This document shows, one piece after another, positions 50,301-63,149 of a stretch of DNA of 64,000 nt. The first letter of the stretch is position 1; the number at the start of each line of letters is the position of its first letter. The stretch comes from Marsupella aquatica (Eukaryota; Plantae; Marchantiophyta), in the NCBI GenBank assembly GCA_973895155.1, contig OZ316894.1, positions 2,992,457-3,056,456 on the forward strand, given 5' to 3'. Under the pieces are notes generated by a model that was not told the DNA's origin, ran no database searches, and saw nothing but the letters and a program-made list of their open reading frames with translations. The translations under genes were made by a program, and so were the position numbers.

Positions 50301-50864
50301 CAGACATTGATCTGGTTTCAAATGGACTTGCCACGGATTGACTATTGATTCTTGTAGCTTGAGAATTTGGTTGCATGTAGCGAAAAAACCTGATTTTGAC
50401 AACTACTTGTGATAACCATGCTGTCGACTGTGGCCTGCAAAGCAAAGTATTCATGTGGCAGTTTAATAAATGTCAACTTCTCAGGCATGGCTGAATGGGT
50501 CCACAATTGATTTCGTGAGAAAATCTAACTTAATCTAAACAATACAAGTTGTAAAATCTAACCTATTTGTCCAACACAACATGACTACCAGCTTCTCTTC
50601 TTAATCAGACTTCTCTCATTTGAAAGCTTAAAGCTGCCCTTCTCTATTTGGTGAATAGTTGCGTCAAGGTCATGAGGCTATTAACCTCTAATTCAAAACT
50701 TGCCAAATTTAGACTTCAGTGAAGTCTCCAGAATTTCCAATAATTTGAAAGTACATAGACAAATCAGGTGACAAATATTCTACAAAGAGGACTCAATTAC
50801 TAGAAAGCTTAGGGTTCCTTGCTTAGAAAAGCAAATTTCTCAATTGATCGGAGAAAGTAGTCAA

Positions 50865-51349
50865 GATTCTCAACTCAAATTGAGTGCCTAGGGCAATTTA
50901 GTGGTACTCATGATTCTCAACTCAAATTGAGTGCCTAGGGCAATTTAGTGGTTAAATATAGTGTCACCCAATGCCCAAATCAACTAACGTACACAAAATT
51001 ATGCCTTGGTTTTATTAATTAATGTTCTAAAATTAGTGAAATATCTCATAGACCTTAAGTGTTTTAATGTGTGCTAGCAGAGCATTATGGACCATATTAG
51101 CCTCTCAAAACGCAAGCTCAAACAAGGCCTAAAATTTGTAGGGAGGGGGTCCACGAACTAATTAAGTGAAGAAAGAAAAGTGACAACAACTAATGATCTA
51201 CAAAGGTCTATTGGAGTAGAGACAGGTGGATAATAGTTGTCGGTCTATTAGTTTGCAATTTTGTGTTTAAGTGAAGAAAGAAAAGTGACAACAACTGATG
51301 ATCTACAGAGGTCTATTGGAGCAGAAACGGGTGGATAATCGTTGTCGGT
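50865..51349. repeat. Two short direct duplications: 41 bp (50865/50913) and ~83 bp (51162/51267)
   Basis: gattctcaactcaaattgagtgcctagggcaatttagtggt occurs twice. ttaagtgaagaaagaaaagtgacaacaact..gttgtcggt occurs twice. Confidence 0.8.
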
Positions 51350-52063
51350 TGAGCAAACTTGCACTTGGATTGCCTTGTAACATTCTATTCTAATGATATA
51401 TAAAGTGAGAAGTTGAATTTCTGACAAGCCATCAAAGATACGCGTGGTCGTTTATTGATACGAAACAAATGATTTTTTAGAATAGTAATCACTCAAATAT
51501 TTAAGCCACAATTGAGAAACGTGGAGCTGTGAAGTTATAAAAACCTAAATGTCAATCGGTGGAGTTGGGGTTAGAAGGTCAAATTTCGGTGAAGTTGGAA
51601 CTAGAACATCGAATATCGAAACAATGCTTTAGTTCAACAGGGTCACCAATCCAACTGCAGTCCAATCACGTCATGTGGAAGGTGTCCATGAAATTCTAGC
51701 AATATCATAGACATGAATGGGAAGCCCGCTCATGGAAGGGCGTTTTTGTTATGCCAGAAGCACAATTCTATCCACCAGCTCCAAGAGAGTGATTTCATAC
51801 TACACCATGAAAGACATTGATGCGTACTGAAGCAAACGAGAGCACAGCCCAAAGGCTCATCAAAGAGACGAGCTGACCCCATGTTTTCAAGTTTCTATGC
51901 GAAAGACAATTGACTGGTAGATGACTTAATTCCAGTGAGGATTCTCGTACAAAACGATCGCTAAGGTGGTTTTCCATATACTTCGGCCGATCTTCCACGA
52001 AAAATCACTAGCTGCTACCTGCGCGCGACCTCAAATCCCTCAATTCATGCGAACTTCCTCCTC

Positions 52064-52531
52064 TCAGAAGTCATAGCATCGGCCCCCCTTCTCCCAGTCT
52101 CCATAGCGCGTGGGCTCAGGACCTTTGGGACCTCCAATTTCTCCCGTCTGTTCATTGATATCCAGTTCGTCCCCGTTGTCTCCTTCTTCACCTTTGATGC
52201 CTTTCTCCGGCACACTGGCATCCTCTCCCTCCTGCTGCTGCGGGTCAGGACAGGGAGCAGGTGTTCGTTTCCCCTTGACGTCCGCTTTCCCTATTTCATC
52301 GACGGCGATGCTTGTGGAAGTGGCAAGTGCCCTCGAGAATGGGAGAGCATCCCGCGAATTGCAAAAGGGTTTAAGGTTCTCGTAAGATGACCCGGATTGA
52401 GGAAAGGAATGAGTGGGCAGAGCAGAGGAATTTAAACTGGGAACATCGGAGATTGAGCGAGGCCTTCTCAGAGTTGAGAGAACTATGCGAGAGATGGATC
52501 TTGCCTGGACGCCTGTACTTGTCGCTGCCAT
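52064..52531 (-). CDS. SDHAF4: Succinate dehydrogenase assembly factor 4 (DUF1674), mitochondrial, ~155 aa, intronless CDS
   Basis: C-terminal [26 protein letters not shown] signature. First real ATG at 52531 ([12 protein letters not shown]..) gives an Arg/Ser-rich presequence-like N-terminus. Telo-box-like aaccctaa at ~52632. Confidence 0.93.
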   Translation of the reverse strand: MAATSTGVQARSISRIVLSTLRRPRSISDVPSLNSSALPTHSFPQSGSSYENLKPFCNSRDALPFSRALATSTSIAVDEIGKADVKGKRTPAPCPDPQQQEGEDASVPEKGIKGEEGDNGDELDINEQTGEIGGPKGPEPTRYGDWEKGGRCYDF

Positions 52532-53539
52532 CGCTGCTTCGCCCTCAAGAATCTCCTCCGCTCGCAAACCTAATTCCCGAAATCAATTCAAATCGAAATA
52601 CTTTGGCAATTTCCCACCGGGAACTGTACTGAACCCTAAATTAAGAATTTACGAGCGAGTACCCCGCATCGACATTGACTTTCTCCCCCACCCCGACGAA
52701 AGGAAATTTCTCCCCTCCACCTGCTGTTTTCCTATAAAGGAAATCTACACGATTCTTTTCTAGAAACATACGATTTGCGCGTTCTGTGGGAAGAATGCCT
52801 CTGAGTTCAATCTCACCTCGTCTAGCGAGCAAATGAATCTGTCACGTATCTGAAGAAGGCTTTCACATTCAACTGCTTTCAGTCACACCTGCCCCGCACC
52901 AATCCATGGAGCAAATAACCCGAAATCACATCGAATTCATGCGGTCCTCCACATGTCTCAGTTCCATGGATCGACGTGGTTTTTCCAAAAAGGGGTGATT
53001 GTCGTTCCTCTGAAGGAGTGCAATGTTTTCAGACTGTTGGTCACGCAAAGACCATCTTACAACCCATGACGTTGAACTGACTGAAATTCGAAAGCGAACT
53101 TCAATTCCTTCACATTCGAAATGGAGCTTTGCAGGTTTACTAATTAAACCTTGTTCCCTTCTGCATTCTTTTTCTGCTTTTGCGTTTTGCCTCAAGTGAT
53201 TTTATGTACTGAAATTACCAACTTAACTCTTCAACAATTTACCAAAACCACACAGTTAGTTCTGCACATACAAAAACACCCATCCACAAGTGAAATTATA
53301 AGGATCTTTGGGAATTCTTTGAGGTAAGATTTTAAGAGTCCCTTCCAGACCAAAGAGCCATACTATTTGGAATGTTAACACGAGTTCCTCTATTCAGGAA
53401 TCTATAATAATGCCTTCCTCTTGATGGCATTGGAGTGGCTAACTAATAGTGGGTATTGATGGCATGATGGCATATCTTTTCCTTTGCCCTTTTCCGTGCC
53501 TAGGAATTTATGAAGAATTAGCCAAATGTCTGTGCGTTG

Positions 53540-53960
53540 CACAAAAGATGTTGAGGTGAAAAAAGATGTCAAGTAGAAAAAAAGATGTCGGTGTGACAAA
53601 AGTTGTCAATGAGAAAAAAATGTTAAGGTGAAAATAATCTGTTTGTGTGAAAAAAGTTGTCGATGAGAGAAAAAAGATTTCGAGGCGAAAAAAACATGTT
53701 GGTGCAAAAAAAGTTGTTGATGAGAGAAAAAGACGTTGAGGTGAAGAAAAGAAATCAAAGTGAAAAAAGATGTTGAAGAGAGAAAAGATGACAAGGTGAG
53801 AAAAAGATGTAAAGATGTAAAGATGAGGAAAACATGTTAAGAAGAGAAAAAATGTCAAGGGTGAGGGAAAGATATCGTGGTCAGGTAACGAACACAAAAG
53901 ATGTTAAGGTGGAGAAAAGAGTCTAAACTAGAAAAAAATATAGAGGTGAGGCAAAGTTGT
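53540..53960. repeat. A-rich degenerate low-complexity repeat (aaaagatgttgaggtg-like)
   Basis: Recurrent aaaaagatgt motif. It produces Phe-rich spurious antisense ORFs. Confidence 0.6.
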
Positions 53961-55084
53961 CAAGGAAACAAAAAAAATGCAGACAAACTCATTCCCTATT
54001 CGTTGCAGAAAAGATGTAGCATAAAAAATGTATTGTTTGATGATGTTTGTCATTGTTGCAAAAATATTATCATTTTGATTATTATTGTGACCGTGTAATT
54101 GTTGAGGATGATGAAAGTGAGAACATGGAGATGCAAAATGGGTGACAATGGCTAGTACATTACGGAGGCATAGCATGATCAAACCAAAAAATGATGCAAT
54201 TTTTATTGAAATTAAAATGATTAATATTTAAATACATAAATTTATATGCATACTTAATTTTATAAAAATGGGGGCAGTAAAGTACAAAATTATCTCACTT
54301 TATCCCCTTCTTTATGTTTCCCAACCTTTTTTCATTCTCCTCTTACTCAATTTTGGTTACTTTTTTCCTTTATGTGGCCTCTTCCTCAATTTTGGTTTTT
54401 TTTCCCCTTTGTCTGGCCTTCCTTTTTTTTTTCCCCTCCATGCCAACTTATCTTTGCCTTCTCTCTCATCTTTGTTTAATGTTTTATCTTTATATCTTTC
54501 GAGAGTAGAATATGGTCATTGCACCCTTGTAGTTCTTATGGGAGAGTAAAAATGACAATCTAATACAATTCATAACTGTATTTTCAAGTACAACTGTTCT
54601 TGTTCTCACATAGGTTATTGCAATGTCATCATGTGTTATGTGTACCTTGGCCACAGGATTAATAATCAAATGGCTAAAAAAAATAAAAACCAAACCATCT
54701 AACTTTCATTCATGTTCACCCAAAATGCATTTTATAATGAGACAAAAGACTAAAATGAGAGAGATTCAATATTATAAATGTAATGCCATACAGAAAAATT
54801 ACTAGTCAGGGCAGTAGATTATCTAAAAAGAGAGAAATGGTTACACATAGGGATGCTCTATATCCCGCCAAAGAATAGCGACCCCTATACCCCATCACAA
54901 CACAATATCCTGACTGATGAAAATGCTCTAAACATGGGATCTCTGGCAAAATGTACATTATGTTGGAGAACTCTAACCAGAGCAGCGAACAGTGTAGAAA
55001 CACAGAAACGAGCTAACTACGCATAGTCCGCCCAGTACACAGATCTCGACTACTGGCCGTCGGATGCCTTAACCCCGATTGTTG

Positions 55085-55220
55085 AAACCCTAAACTCCTT
55101 CGAGAATGAGCTGACGTTAACCCGGGTTAGGTAGCGATCGCTTCGCACTATTCAGGGTTTCTCGGCCTCAATGTGGCCTTCTCTTTCGATCAGAGTCCTT
55201 CGTGTTGCTGCCGCTCTCAG
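55085..55220 (+). promoter_or_regulatory. RPL29 promoter and non-coding first exon: telo-box, pyrimidine-rich start, and donor of a 5'UTR intron (55221 to ~56164/56167)
   Basis: aaaccctaa at ~55085, cttctctttc near 55178, cag|gtgag at 55220/55221, and a tcagcag NAGNAG acceptor just before the ATG. Confidence 0.6.
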
Positions 55221-56172
55221 GTGAGAACATTGCCTCCTCATCGCCATCGCCTATTCGTTTCTCTCTGGTGCAACGCTTCTGTGGCCTTTAGATTGTTCTC
55301 GGCGACGACTTGGAGGTAGGTGTGTCTGTTTTTTGCACGTTTTGGTTCTTCGTGCAGCACGTTTCTGTTGAGTTTTTGGCCAATTGCTGGGTCTTCTATT
55401 GTTTTGCTGCCGTCTCTGAGGAAGGTGTGTAAGGCGTTCCAATGGCTTCTCGTGCATGTGGTGTACCTCCCGTCTCGTTTCTGTGGTCATGACTGATGAT
55501 TTGAATTAGGTGTTGTTGCTGCTTGCCGTCGATTTGTGAATGACTCGAACGTTTTCATTGTTTAGATCTCTAAAAAACTCAATTGTTGGTTGATTAAACT
55601 GAAAGCTAAATTGTTCTGTCATGTTTCCGGAGTAATTCTCAGTTGGGGTTTTTGGCCCTACTTGTTATTGGGCGGTTTTCTTGTGCCATCTTGTCCATCT
55701 CAGTATCGCAAATTTTGCTTTTCAGCTCGTGTTTGTGTGGATGTCATTATTCTTTCGTAGGGTTGAGTTTCTCTGGTGGTGGTAGTTCCTTTTGATTTGG
55801 CCCTTTGCCACCTTAATAGTCAGTCCACTTCTGTGCTTGTTTTGTGGGCATTGTCATCTCTTGCTGTCTCATTCGGTAACGTAGATTTTGTTTTCTAGTT
55901 GTTATTTGTGCTGCAACGGTTGCTGTTGACCTCTCGTAGTTGTCAGCGTGGCATTGGGAGGTTCAAGTAATGTATTTAGGGTCTTTTCGGTGTAGTCGAT
56001 GGATTTGAGGAAAGCAGTTTACGTAGTGACCTGTTTGATCAATTGAGTGAGAATTTGAGGATACAGAACTTGAAGAATTCTTGTAGCGCGTCGTGGTTGT
56101 TCTGTTGACGTTATTCGTTCTAACGGAAGTGTTTGTTTATACCCTTTGCGGGTTTTGTGCTCAGCAGTTACC

Positions 56173-56541
56173 ATGGCAAAGTCAAAGAATCACACGGCTC
56201 ACAATCAGTCCTACAAGGCCCATAGAAATGGGATCAAGAAGCCGAAGAAGACCAAGTATACGTCCAGGAAAGGAGTAAGTTTCTGCAGTCGCACAGCTGT
56301 TGTGGAGGTTTACTCCCTATTTTAGTTCGATTTTTTCGTTGTTTTTCCGTTCGCTCAGGTCTTTATCACGTCCGTGAGCGTCCTCAGTTCAGATTGTGTT
56401 GAAGTTTATCGACGAAGATGTACGTATACCCACCACGTGCTTAACTTGCTTGTGCAGATGGACCCTAAGTTCCTAAGGAATCAAAGGTACGCCAAGAAGC
56501 ACAACAGAGTAGCTGGAGCCGAGGATACTGCGGAAGAGTAA
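56173..56541 (+). CDS. RPL29: 60S ribosomal protein L29 (eL29), 61 aa, exons 56173-56274 and 56458-56541
   Basis: [34 protein letters not shown]|[27 protein letters not shown], with a GT-AG intron. Confidence 0.97.
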
Positions 56542-58579
56542 ATGAGTTTTGAACAGTATAAAAGAAAGTCAGGCTAAGAGACAATGCAGTTGCGTTTTAG
56601 TGCTTGGCATACTTTGAAATGGAGTTCCCAAAGGATGCGTAATTGGTCAGTATGGAGGTTTTTCATGTCAAGGATTCGTTGAGCTCTCTCTGCTGAATAT
56701 TTTTGACCTGCACTTCATTGTGCGCTGTTTCCGGTGGATTCTTGACAATAACGGAGCAGGTTGTATCCCCAAATGCCTACAGGAATGAATGAGATCCGTC
56801 CATGATCTGGGTTCCATTTCAGCTAGAGATCAGATATTTGAAGATTGTATGCCTGTCTGGTTCATGTGAATGCTTTTCCCCAAGTATTTATGTTTTCCGT
56901 TCCTTGCTGCTTTGCTGATTAGCACAGGCAGCTGTTCCAGGCTGATGTCCTTTCCATATTACAAACCTATGTAATTTCTACTTTCTACTTTCTACATTGC
57001 TACCACTAAACACTAGAGCAAATTAATCTACAGAATTGATTTCTGCTCCCAAATACAATGTAGAGTCATTAAAACTGTCTTCGTCCATTTTACCATTTCC
57101 GAGGATGATTCTTCAGATTGAGCTCACTAGAAATAATCCTGCCCTCTCCAATCACCCCTTTCCTGTAACAATGCGTCTGCCTGCCAACTGCTAATGAATT
57201 GGTTTTCGTCGTTCTCTCTATGTAGTTACCACCAGCTCTTCTAAATTCGATTTTCACTTTGAAGTCTCCTAGGGTCCTCCGTAACTACTTCTACTGTACT
57301 TCTGTACAAGAGAGCCACTTTTAGAGACCAGGAACTGGAAGCCAACGTCGGTGTAATCATTTGTGTAATAGAGTAATAATGAGTTTGAAATGCTAACGCA
57401 TCTGTAAAGGACTGAATTACCGTTTAGGAACCCTAAACTAATCGCAGCGTAATGCGCATCCTATGCTTCAGAAACTGTATATACTAGCAAGATGAGATTA
57501 TCCGGGCTCTACTGCGCTATGCTATTTGTGGGTGTTTTGTCTTGTTTTCTCGCCTTTATTGGGTCTCCTCTCTCCTTGGAATCCTGTATTTGGCACGGGA
57601 CATCAGCCCACAGATCAACTATGATGAAAGGTTAGAGGTGAGGGTTTAGGGTCAACTTTTACTTTTCCTTGTTGAAGTACAAAAGCAACACAATTGCTGG
57701 ATGAATCATGTGAATAATGATACTGCTAATCTATGGTGTGGTAATGAATAACACTCCATGGGGAATTGAGGCCGAAACTGTTGGTTACAGGGGGTACTCC
57801 CCTGGCCACTAAAGCTCATCCAATAGTCCTACCCTGAGAGGGCTATTCAGAAGAGTTTTGCATGGAGGGCGACAAATCCAGCTGTTTGTTTTGGGGGAAT
57901 TATAGCCACCAACAACCATTCAAATGAGGTGGGCAACACTAGGCAAAGGAATAGTGGATTGGCTTGGGTCAGTTCACCAAAACCTAGCGGTTGCCCTTGA
58001 TCACTTTGCCTATGTAGCCACCAAGTGGTCGTCGTTGCTTGTCACCTGGAGCTTAGGATAAATTGAAGCCATTGCCAAGTTATTTCTCCAGCAGCACATC
58101 ATTTGCCTGCATCTTGATGGTTGCAGTGCCTGCTGCTGGAATTACTCTAGACAAATCCTATGCATATGGATAAGTACACATACAATAAAGTAAATGTTGC
58201 TGTCAGAGGAAGTGCACTCATCAGGTAAGGCAAACCACATGTAAGTGCAAGTCCTGGGCTTCTTCACTGGAGTTTGTACTTGAGAGAGAGGCGACTGAAC
58301 ACGAGCATCCACCCCAGGGGACTCACATCTGGTAATTGTGGAGAAGACCTAGACGTCACCAAAGACCACCTTGAGGCTTAAGGTAGACTGTACACATGTA
58401 CCTGACTACGAAACCTCTCACAATCATCTGATTCTGGCTCGAATATTGACACTACTCATCGTGTGTGACATTCTCTCTCTCAGGAAGACAGCCACACCAC
58501 CACTGGGTCTTCTTCAATGAGAGAACTCCTCACCCCCAACACCACTAGCATAGCTGTTGTCGTGGCCACTAGAGACACA

Positions 58580-59480
58580 GTAAAGGGGAGAAAACAAGGA
58601 AAAACCCCTAGAAACCAAAGAGCCAGAAAGCCCAAGAGTTGGGAGACAAGATTTCAAAGGTAGGAGGCGCAATAAAGAGTAGAAAACAAGGAAAAACACC
58701 AAGAAACCAAAGAGACAAATTAAGGGGAGTAAAAAAAGTGACAAAACCAAATAGAGCAAATAAGAGAAGCCAGAGTCCCACACAATGACAAGAGAGTGTG
58801 CCAACAAAGGGAAACCCCCAGGAAAACCAACGAACCAAAAACCCGTCCCACATAATGGCCAACCAAAGTGTCAACAAGGAGAAAACCCCAAGAAGACCAA
58901 AGAACCCAAAGGCCCAAGAGCTTAGGGTTTAAGAGTGACAACTAGGGAAGGACCCCAAGAAGACCAAAATAACCAAAACGCCCAACAGTCCTGCACAATG
59001 GCTAACCAGAGTGACAACAAGTGAAAAACCTCAAGAAGACCAAAGAACCAAAAGCCCAAAAAGTCTCACAAATGGCTGACCAGAGTGACAACAAGGGGAA
59101 AAACCCGAAAGACCAAAGAAACAAAAAGGCAAGGGTCCCACACAAATGCCTACCAGAGTGACAACCAGGGAAAAACCCTAAGAAAGACCCAAGGACCAAA
59201 AAGGACAAGAGCCCCACATAATGGCCTACTAAAGTGACAACAAGTGAAAAACCCCAAGACTGACCAAAGAACCAAAAAAGCCCAAGAGTCCCAACAGCTC
59301 AAAGAAGGCGAAGAAAGACCAAAGAACTCAAAAGCCCAGGAGTCCTAACAGCTCGAAGAAGGCGAAGAAAGACCAAAGAACCCTAAAGCCCACGAGTCCC
59401 CAACAACTCAAAGAAGGAAAGGAAAGCCCAAAGAACCCGAAAAGCCCTAGTTTGAGTCCCAACAGCTCAAAGACCGAATG
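58580..59480. repeat. Degenerate, strand-biased (A/C-rich) tandem array
   Basis: Recurrent gagtgacaacaag.gaaaaacccc.aagaagaccaaagaacc.aaaagcccaagagtccca blocks. Confidence 0.7.
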
Positions 59481-60118
59481 TGCACTTACAGAGAGTTTAC
59501 TGTATCAACAGTAAGAGCAGCACCCATTGTCGAGTCCTATGAAAAGCCCGAACATTTTGGTGGAGTAGATTTCCATTCTTAAAGCGCGAGCATCTCAGCA
59601 TCTCTTCGCGCGCGCGAGAAAAAGAGAGATGGCGTGAGAATGAGGTCTCGTACACTGCTCCTGTGATACGTTTGCTTCTGTTCTGCCCTGCGAGACGAGA
59701 CCCGGTCTTTGGGCGCAATTCGGAGTTTACAGGAAGTCGGTGATCGTGTGATGATTTTGATGTGGGCAGAGTTCGTTCAGCCCCGATATGAAGAATTATC
59801 CTCCCCCCTGTGAAGATTCCAGTGCCGGTGCTGCGCTCTTTCTGTCGAGTCAGAGCTCTAGGCTTTGCGTCGGTGATCGCACAGAGGACGGGAAGAGAAG
59901 TGTCTTGTATTCCGATGATGTTCATCGAGTCTTGTCGTCAGTCTGAACGTGGGAGAGGATCAGATTGCGCTTGTGTTGGGCTATGAGTGAGATAGAGCAT
60001 GGTGGAGAGGCCAATCGAACGGGTATGAGGTTGGGAAGTCGGTTTTAGGGTGCGGGCACCGGGTGAACGGTTCTGTCGTCGAAGAGGGCGCAGGCGGGCG
60101 GAGAAATTGAGAGAAAGG

Positions 60119-61782
60119 ATGGCGTCGAGCGAGAAGAAAACGGAGTCGTTTGAGCCGGAGACACCGAAAAGGGCTGAAATCTATACGTATGAAGCGCCCT
60201 GGCTGGTATATGGTATGAATTGGAGTGTTCAGAGGGAACACAAATTTCGGCTTGCAATCGGAAGTTTCATCGAGGAGTATAATAACAAAGTGGAGATTGT
60301 GAGATTAGATGACGAGACTGGCAAGTTCATGTCCGACCCGAAGCTTTCTTTTGATCACCCATACCCTACAACGAAGATCATGTTCATTCCAGACAAGGAA
60401 AGCCAGAAGCCTGACCTTCTTGCCACGACAGGAGACTATCTTCGCATATGGCAAATCCAGGAAGACAAGGTGGAACTGAAGAGTTTATTGAATAACAACA
60501 AAAATAGTGAGTTTTGTGCTCCATTGACGTCTTTTGATTGGAATGAGTTGGAGATGAAACGAGTCGGCACTTCCAGCATTGATACAACTTGCACAATTTG
60601 GGATATAGAGAAGGAGGTGGTGGACACACAGTTGATTGCTCACGATAAAGCAGTCTATGATATTGCCTGGGGAGGTCTGGGTGTGTTTGCTTCTGTCTCA
60701 GCTGACGGTTCAGTCAGAGTGTTTGATCTAAGAGACAAGGAGCATTCCACCATCATTTACGAAAACCCTGAAAACACCCCACTCCTTAGACTGGGGTGGA
60801 ATAAGCAGGACCCTCGGTACATGGCTACCATTGTGATGGATTCAGCCAAGGTCATCGTCCTGGACATCCGATTCCCGACTCTCCCTGTTGCAGAACTCCA
60901 AAGGCATCAGGTTAGGAGCCCCATATCTTCCACCCCGCTGAATTCTTATGTTAGGAACTTTTTGGCACATTTGCGTAGAATCTTCGGCGGGACTGCTTCC
61001 ACCTTACCCAAAAAGAACAGTTCCCTCGGAGGCAAAGTCTTGTCCAATTACTGCTTAAATCCAATCGATTAATCGGGCTTGTGACGTACTTGATCCTGTT
61101 GTGTCCTTGCTGAGATACGTAAAGACCGCGATCAATCAACACTGCTTTTTCCGCAACCTAAAGTATTCCCGTCGACAGTTCGTAAAATTTGTGTGTCACG
61201 TGTTGACTTCGTTGTTGCTTGAGGAGGGATTTGCAGTCAAATGACAATTAGGGATCAATTTTGTACTGGAGTCTTACTCCAATTGCTGCGTCAGTCCAAT
61301 CGATTAATCGTGAAGGACTTGATTTTTTTGTGTCCTTGCTGAGATATGTAAAGACCACGAGCAATTAAGACTGCAATGTCCGCAACCTAAAGCATTCCCG
61401 TCAACAGTTCTTAAAATTTGTGTGTCACGTGTTGACTTCATTGTTACTTGAGGAGGGATTTGCAGTCAAATATATTCATGCATCAGATTTTGTACTGGCA
61501 GTGTTTCCTTCCGACCACCTAACTATTGGCTCCTTTGATCAGGCTTGTGTGAATGCCGTTGCCTGGGCTCCTCACAGTTCGTGCCACATTTGTACTGCGG
61601 GTGATGATTCTCAAGCGTTGATCTGGGATTTGTCGACAATGACCACACCTGTGGAGGGTGGGCTCGACCCTATTCTGGCATACACAGCCGGGGCAGAGAT
61701 CAATCAGCTTCAGTGGTCTTCTACACAGCCTGACTGGGTGGCTATTGCCTTCGCAAAGAAGTTGCAGATTCTTCGGGTGTAA
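60119..61782 (+). CDS. AN11/LWD/TTG1-family (DCAF7/WDR68) WD40 protein, ~343 aa, exons 60119-60910 and 61543-61782
   Basis: [63 protein letters not shown]|[35 protein letters not shown]. Phase-0 GT-AG intron 60911-61542. Confidence 0.95.
61043..61500. repeat. ~235-bp tandem duplication forming most of the WD40 intron
   Basis: Colinear copies from tccaatt.ctgc..tccaatcgattaatcg to gaggagggatttgcagtcaaat, starting at ~61043 and ~61278. Confidence 0.85.
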
Positions 61783-62896
61783 GAGGTTCGCCGAGCATTT
61801 AGTTGTTGGGTTACAAGAGCTCAAGGTTTGTGCTTTAATTCTCGAGGAAGGAGCCTCTGAAGAGTGTGCTCTCTGGGCCTGGAGGATCCATCACTCTTCA
61901 TTAGGAAGCGAGTTGGGTGCTGGTCAGGAAACGGTTTTACTTGAACCCTATACTATCGATTCCTTCAGATGACCTCAAAGCAGTTGGACGTAGATGATTT
62001 CTCTGTGCCATTGCAAGTTATGGGTCCAGGATACATGTCCAGCATCTTTCCCTCGGTCTTGGACATCCAGACAGAGGAGTTACACGGTGCCTTTCAGGTT
62101 GGGGAATCATTGGAATGAACAGTTTGCTATGTCCTGAGCCGTGAGAAGAGAAGGGGCGCCTATGTCCTGAAGTAGGTTTTGGCTGTATATTATTTGGTTA
62201 ACGCATTGACAGACGCATGGAAGGCTGAAGTCCGGCTGAGTTGACTACTGGATTTCGGTCCATTCGTTTGGCTCTGAGGTCTGTTCGTTTTGTTATGAAT
62301 GACAATTCGCATCACATTCCCACATCAGTTACTGGTATGATGCATTGGACTACACTCATGTTGTAAACGACTCTAGTTTAGACGATTGAGCGAACTGATT
62401 CTGTTAGTGTGGCTATTCCCGGTCATACCTGATCGTGGCATGCTCAGTCTACGGACGTAGTTACATCAGACGGACGATGAACATTGGGGATTTATGCTTT
62501 TTCCCTATCATATCGGAGATCGCGGTCTCATTCTATCGGAGGAATCGCAGTAAACGAGCATGAGGATTGTAGAGGACCTCTTCTTGGACTTTCGTTGTGG
62601 CACCTAGAGTATCTTGAATCCTCATGTATGCTTGTGATGATTGGCAATGAAGTAAAACATGCAAGCAGTGAAGGATCACTCTTGTGAAACCTTGGATTGG
62701 TCCTAAAAACTCAGTCCAGTTTCAAAACGACTTCACGGCTCCATCACATTTCACTTGCACATCATAGTCATCCTGTTTTTCAAATGAATCACCAGGCATG
62801 CAAAAAATAACTTCCTAATGAAGAGTGATGGATCCTCAGGGCACCGAACCCTGGGCGTACTTCATTCAATCCTTCTTTTATCTCAGCGTCCACGCC

Positions 62897-63149
62897 ACCT
62901 TCCGAACCTTTTGGGACAGCTTGGATGTGATCCACAAACACCAGAACTCGTCATGTGAAATATTCATATAGACAGAGATTGCTGGCACTCTAGAGTATGC
63001 CTTCAATTCCCTTGATCAGATTACACCTTCCGAGCCTTTAGGACAGTTTGGATGTGGCCCACAAACACCAGAACTTGTCAAGTGAAATATCGTATAGTAC
63101 AGAGATCCGCTGGCACTCTACGGTACGCCTTTAGTTCCCTAGATCAGAT
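62897..63149. repeat. ~126-bp tandem duplication
   Basis: caccttccga.cctt..ggacag.ttggatgtg..ccacaaacaccagaact.gtca.gtgaaatat..gctggcactcta..gatcagat occurs twice. Confidence 0.85.

Noticed and set aside
55488-55605. Possible intronic C/D-box snoRNA in the RPL29 5'UTR intron (TGATGA...CTGA)
   Set aside because: No convincing terminal stem or recognisable rRNA-antisense guide. Box motifs alone are insufficient.
58514-59217. Hydrophobic, membrane-protein-like minus-strand ORFs
   Set aside because: Artefacts of the T/G-rich strand of the degenerate tandem array.
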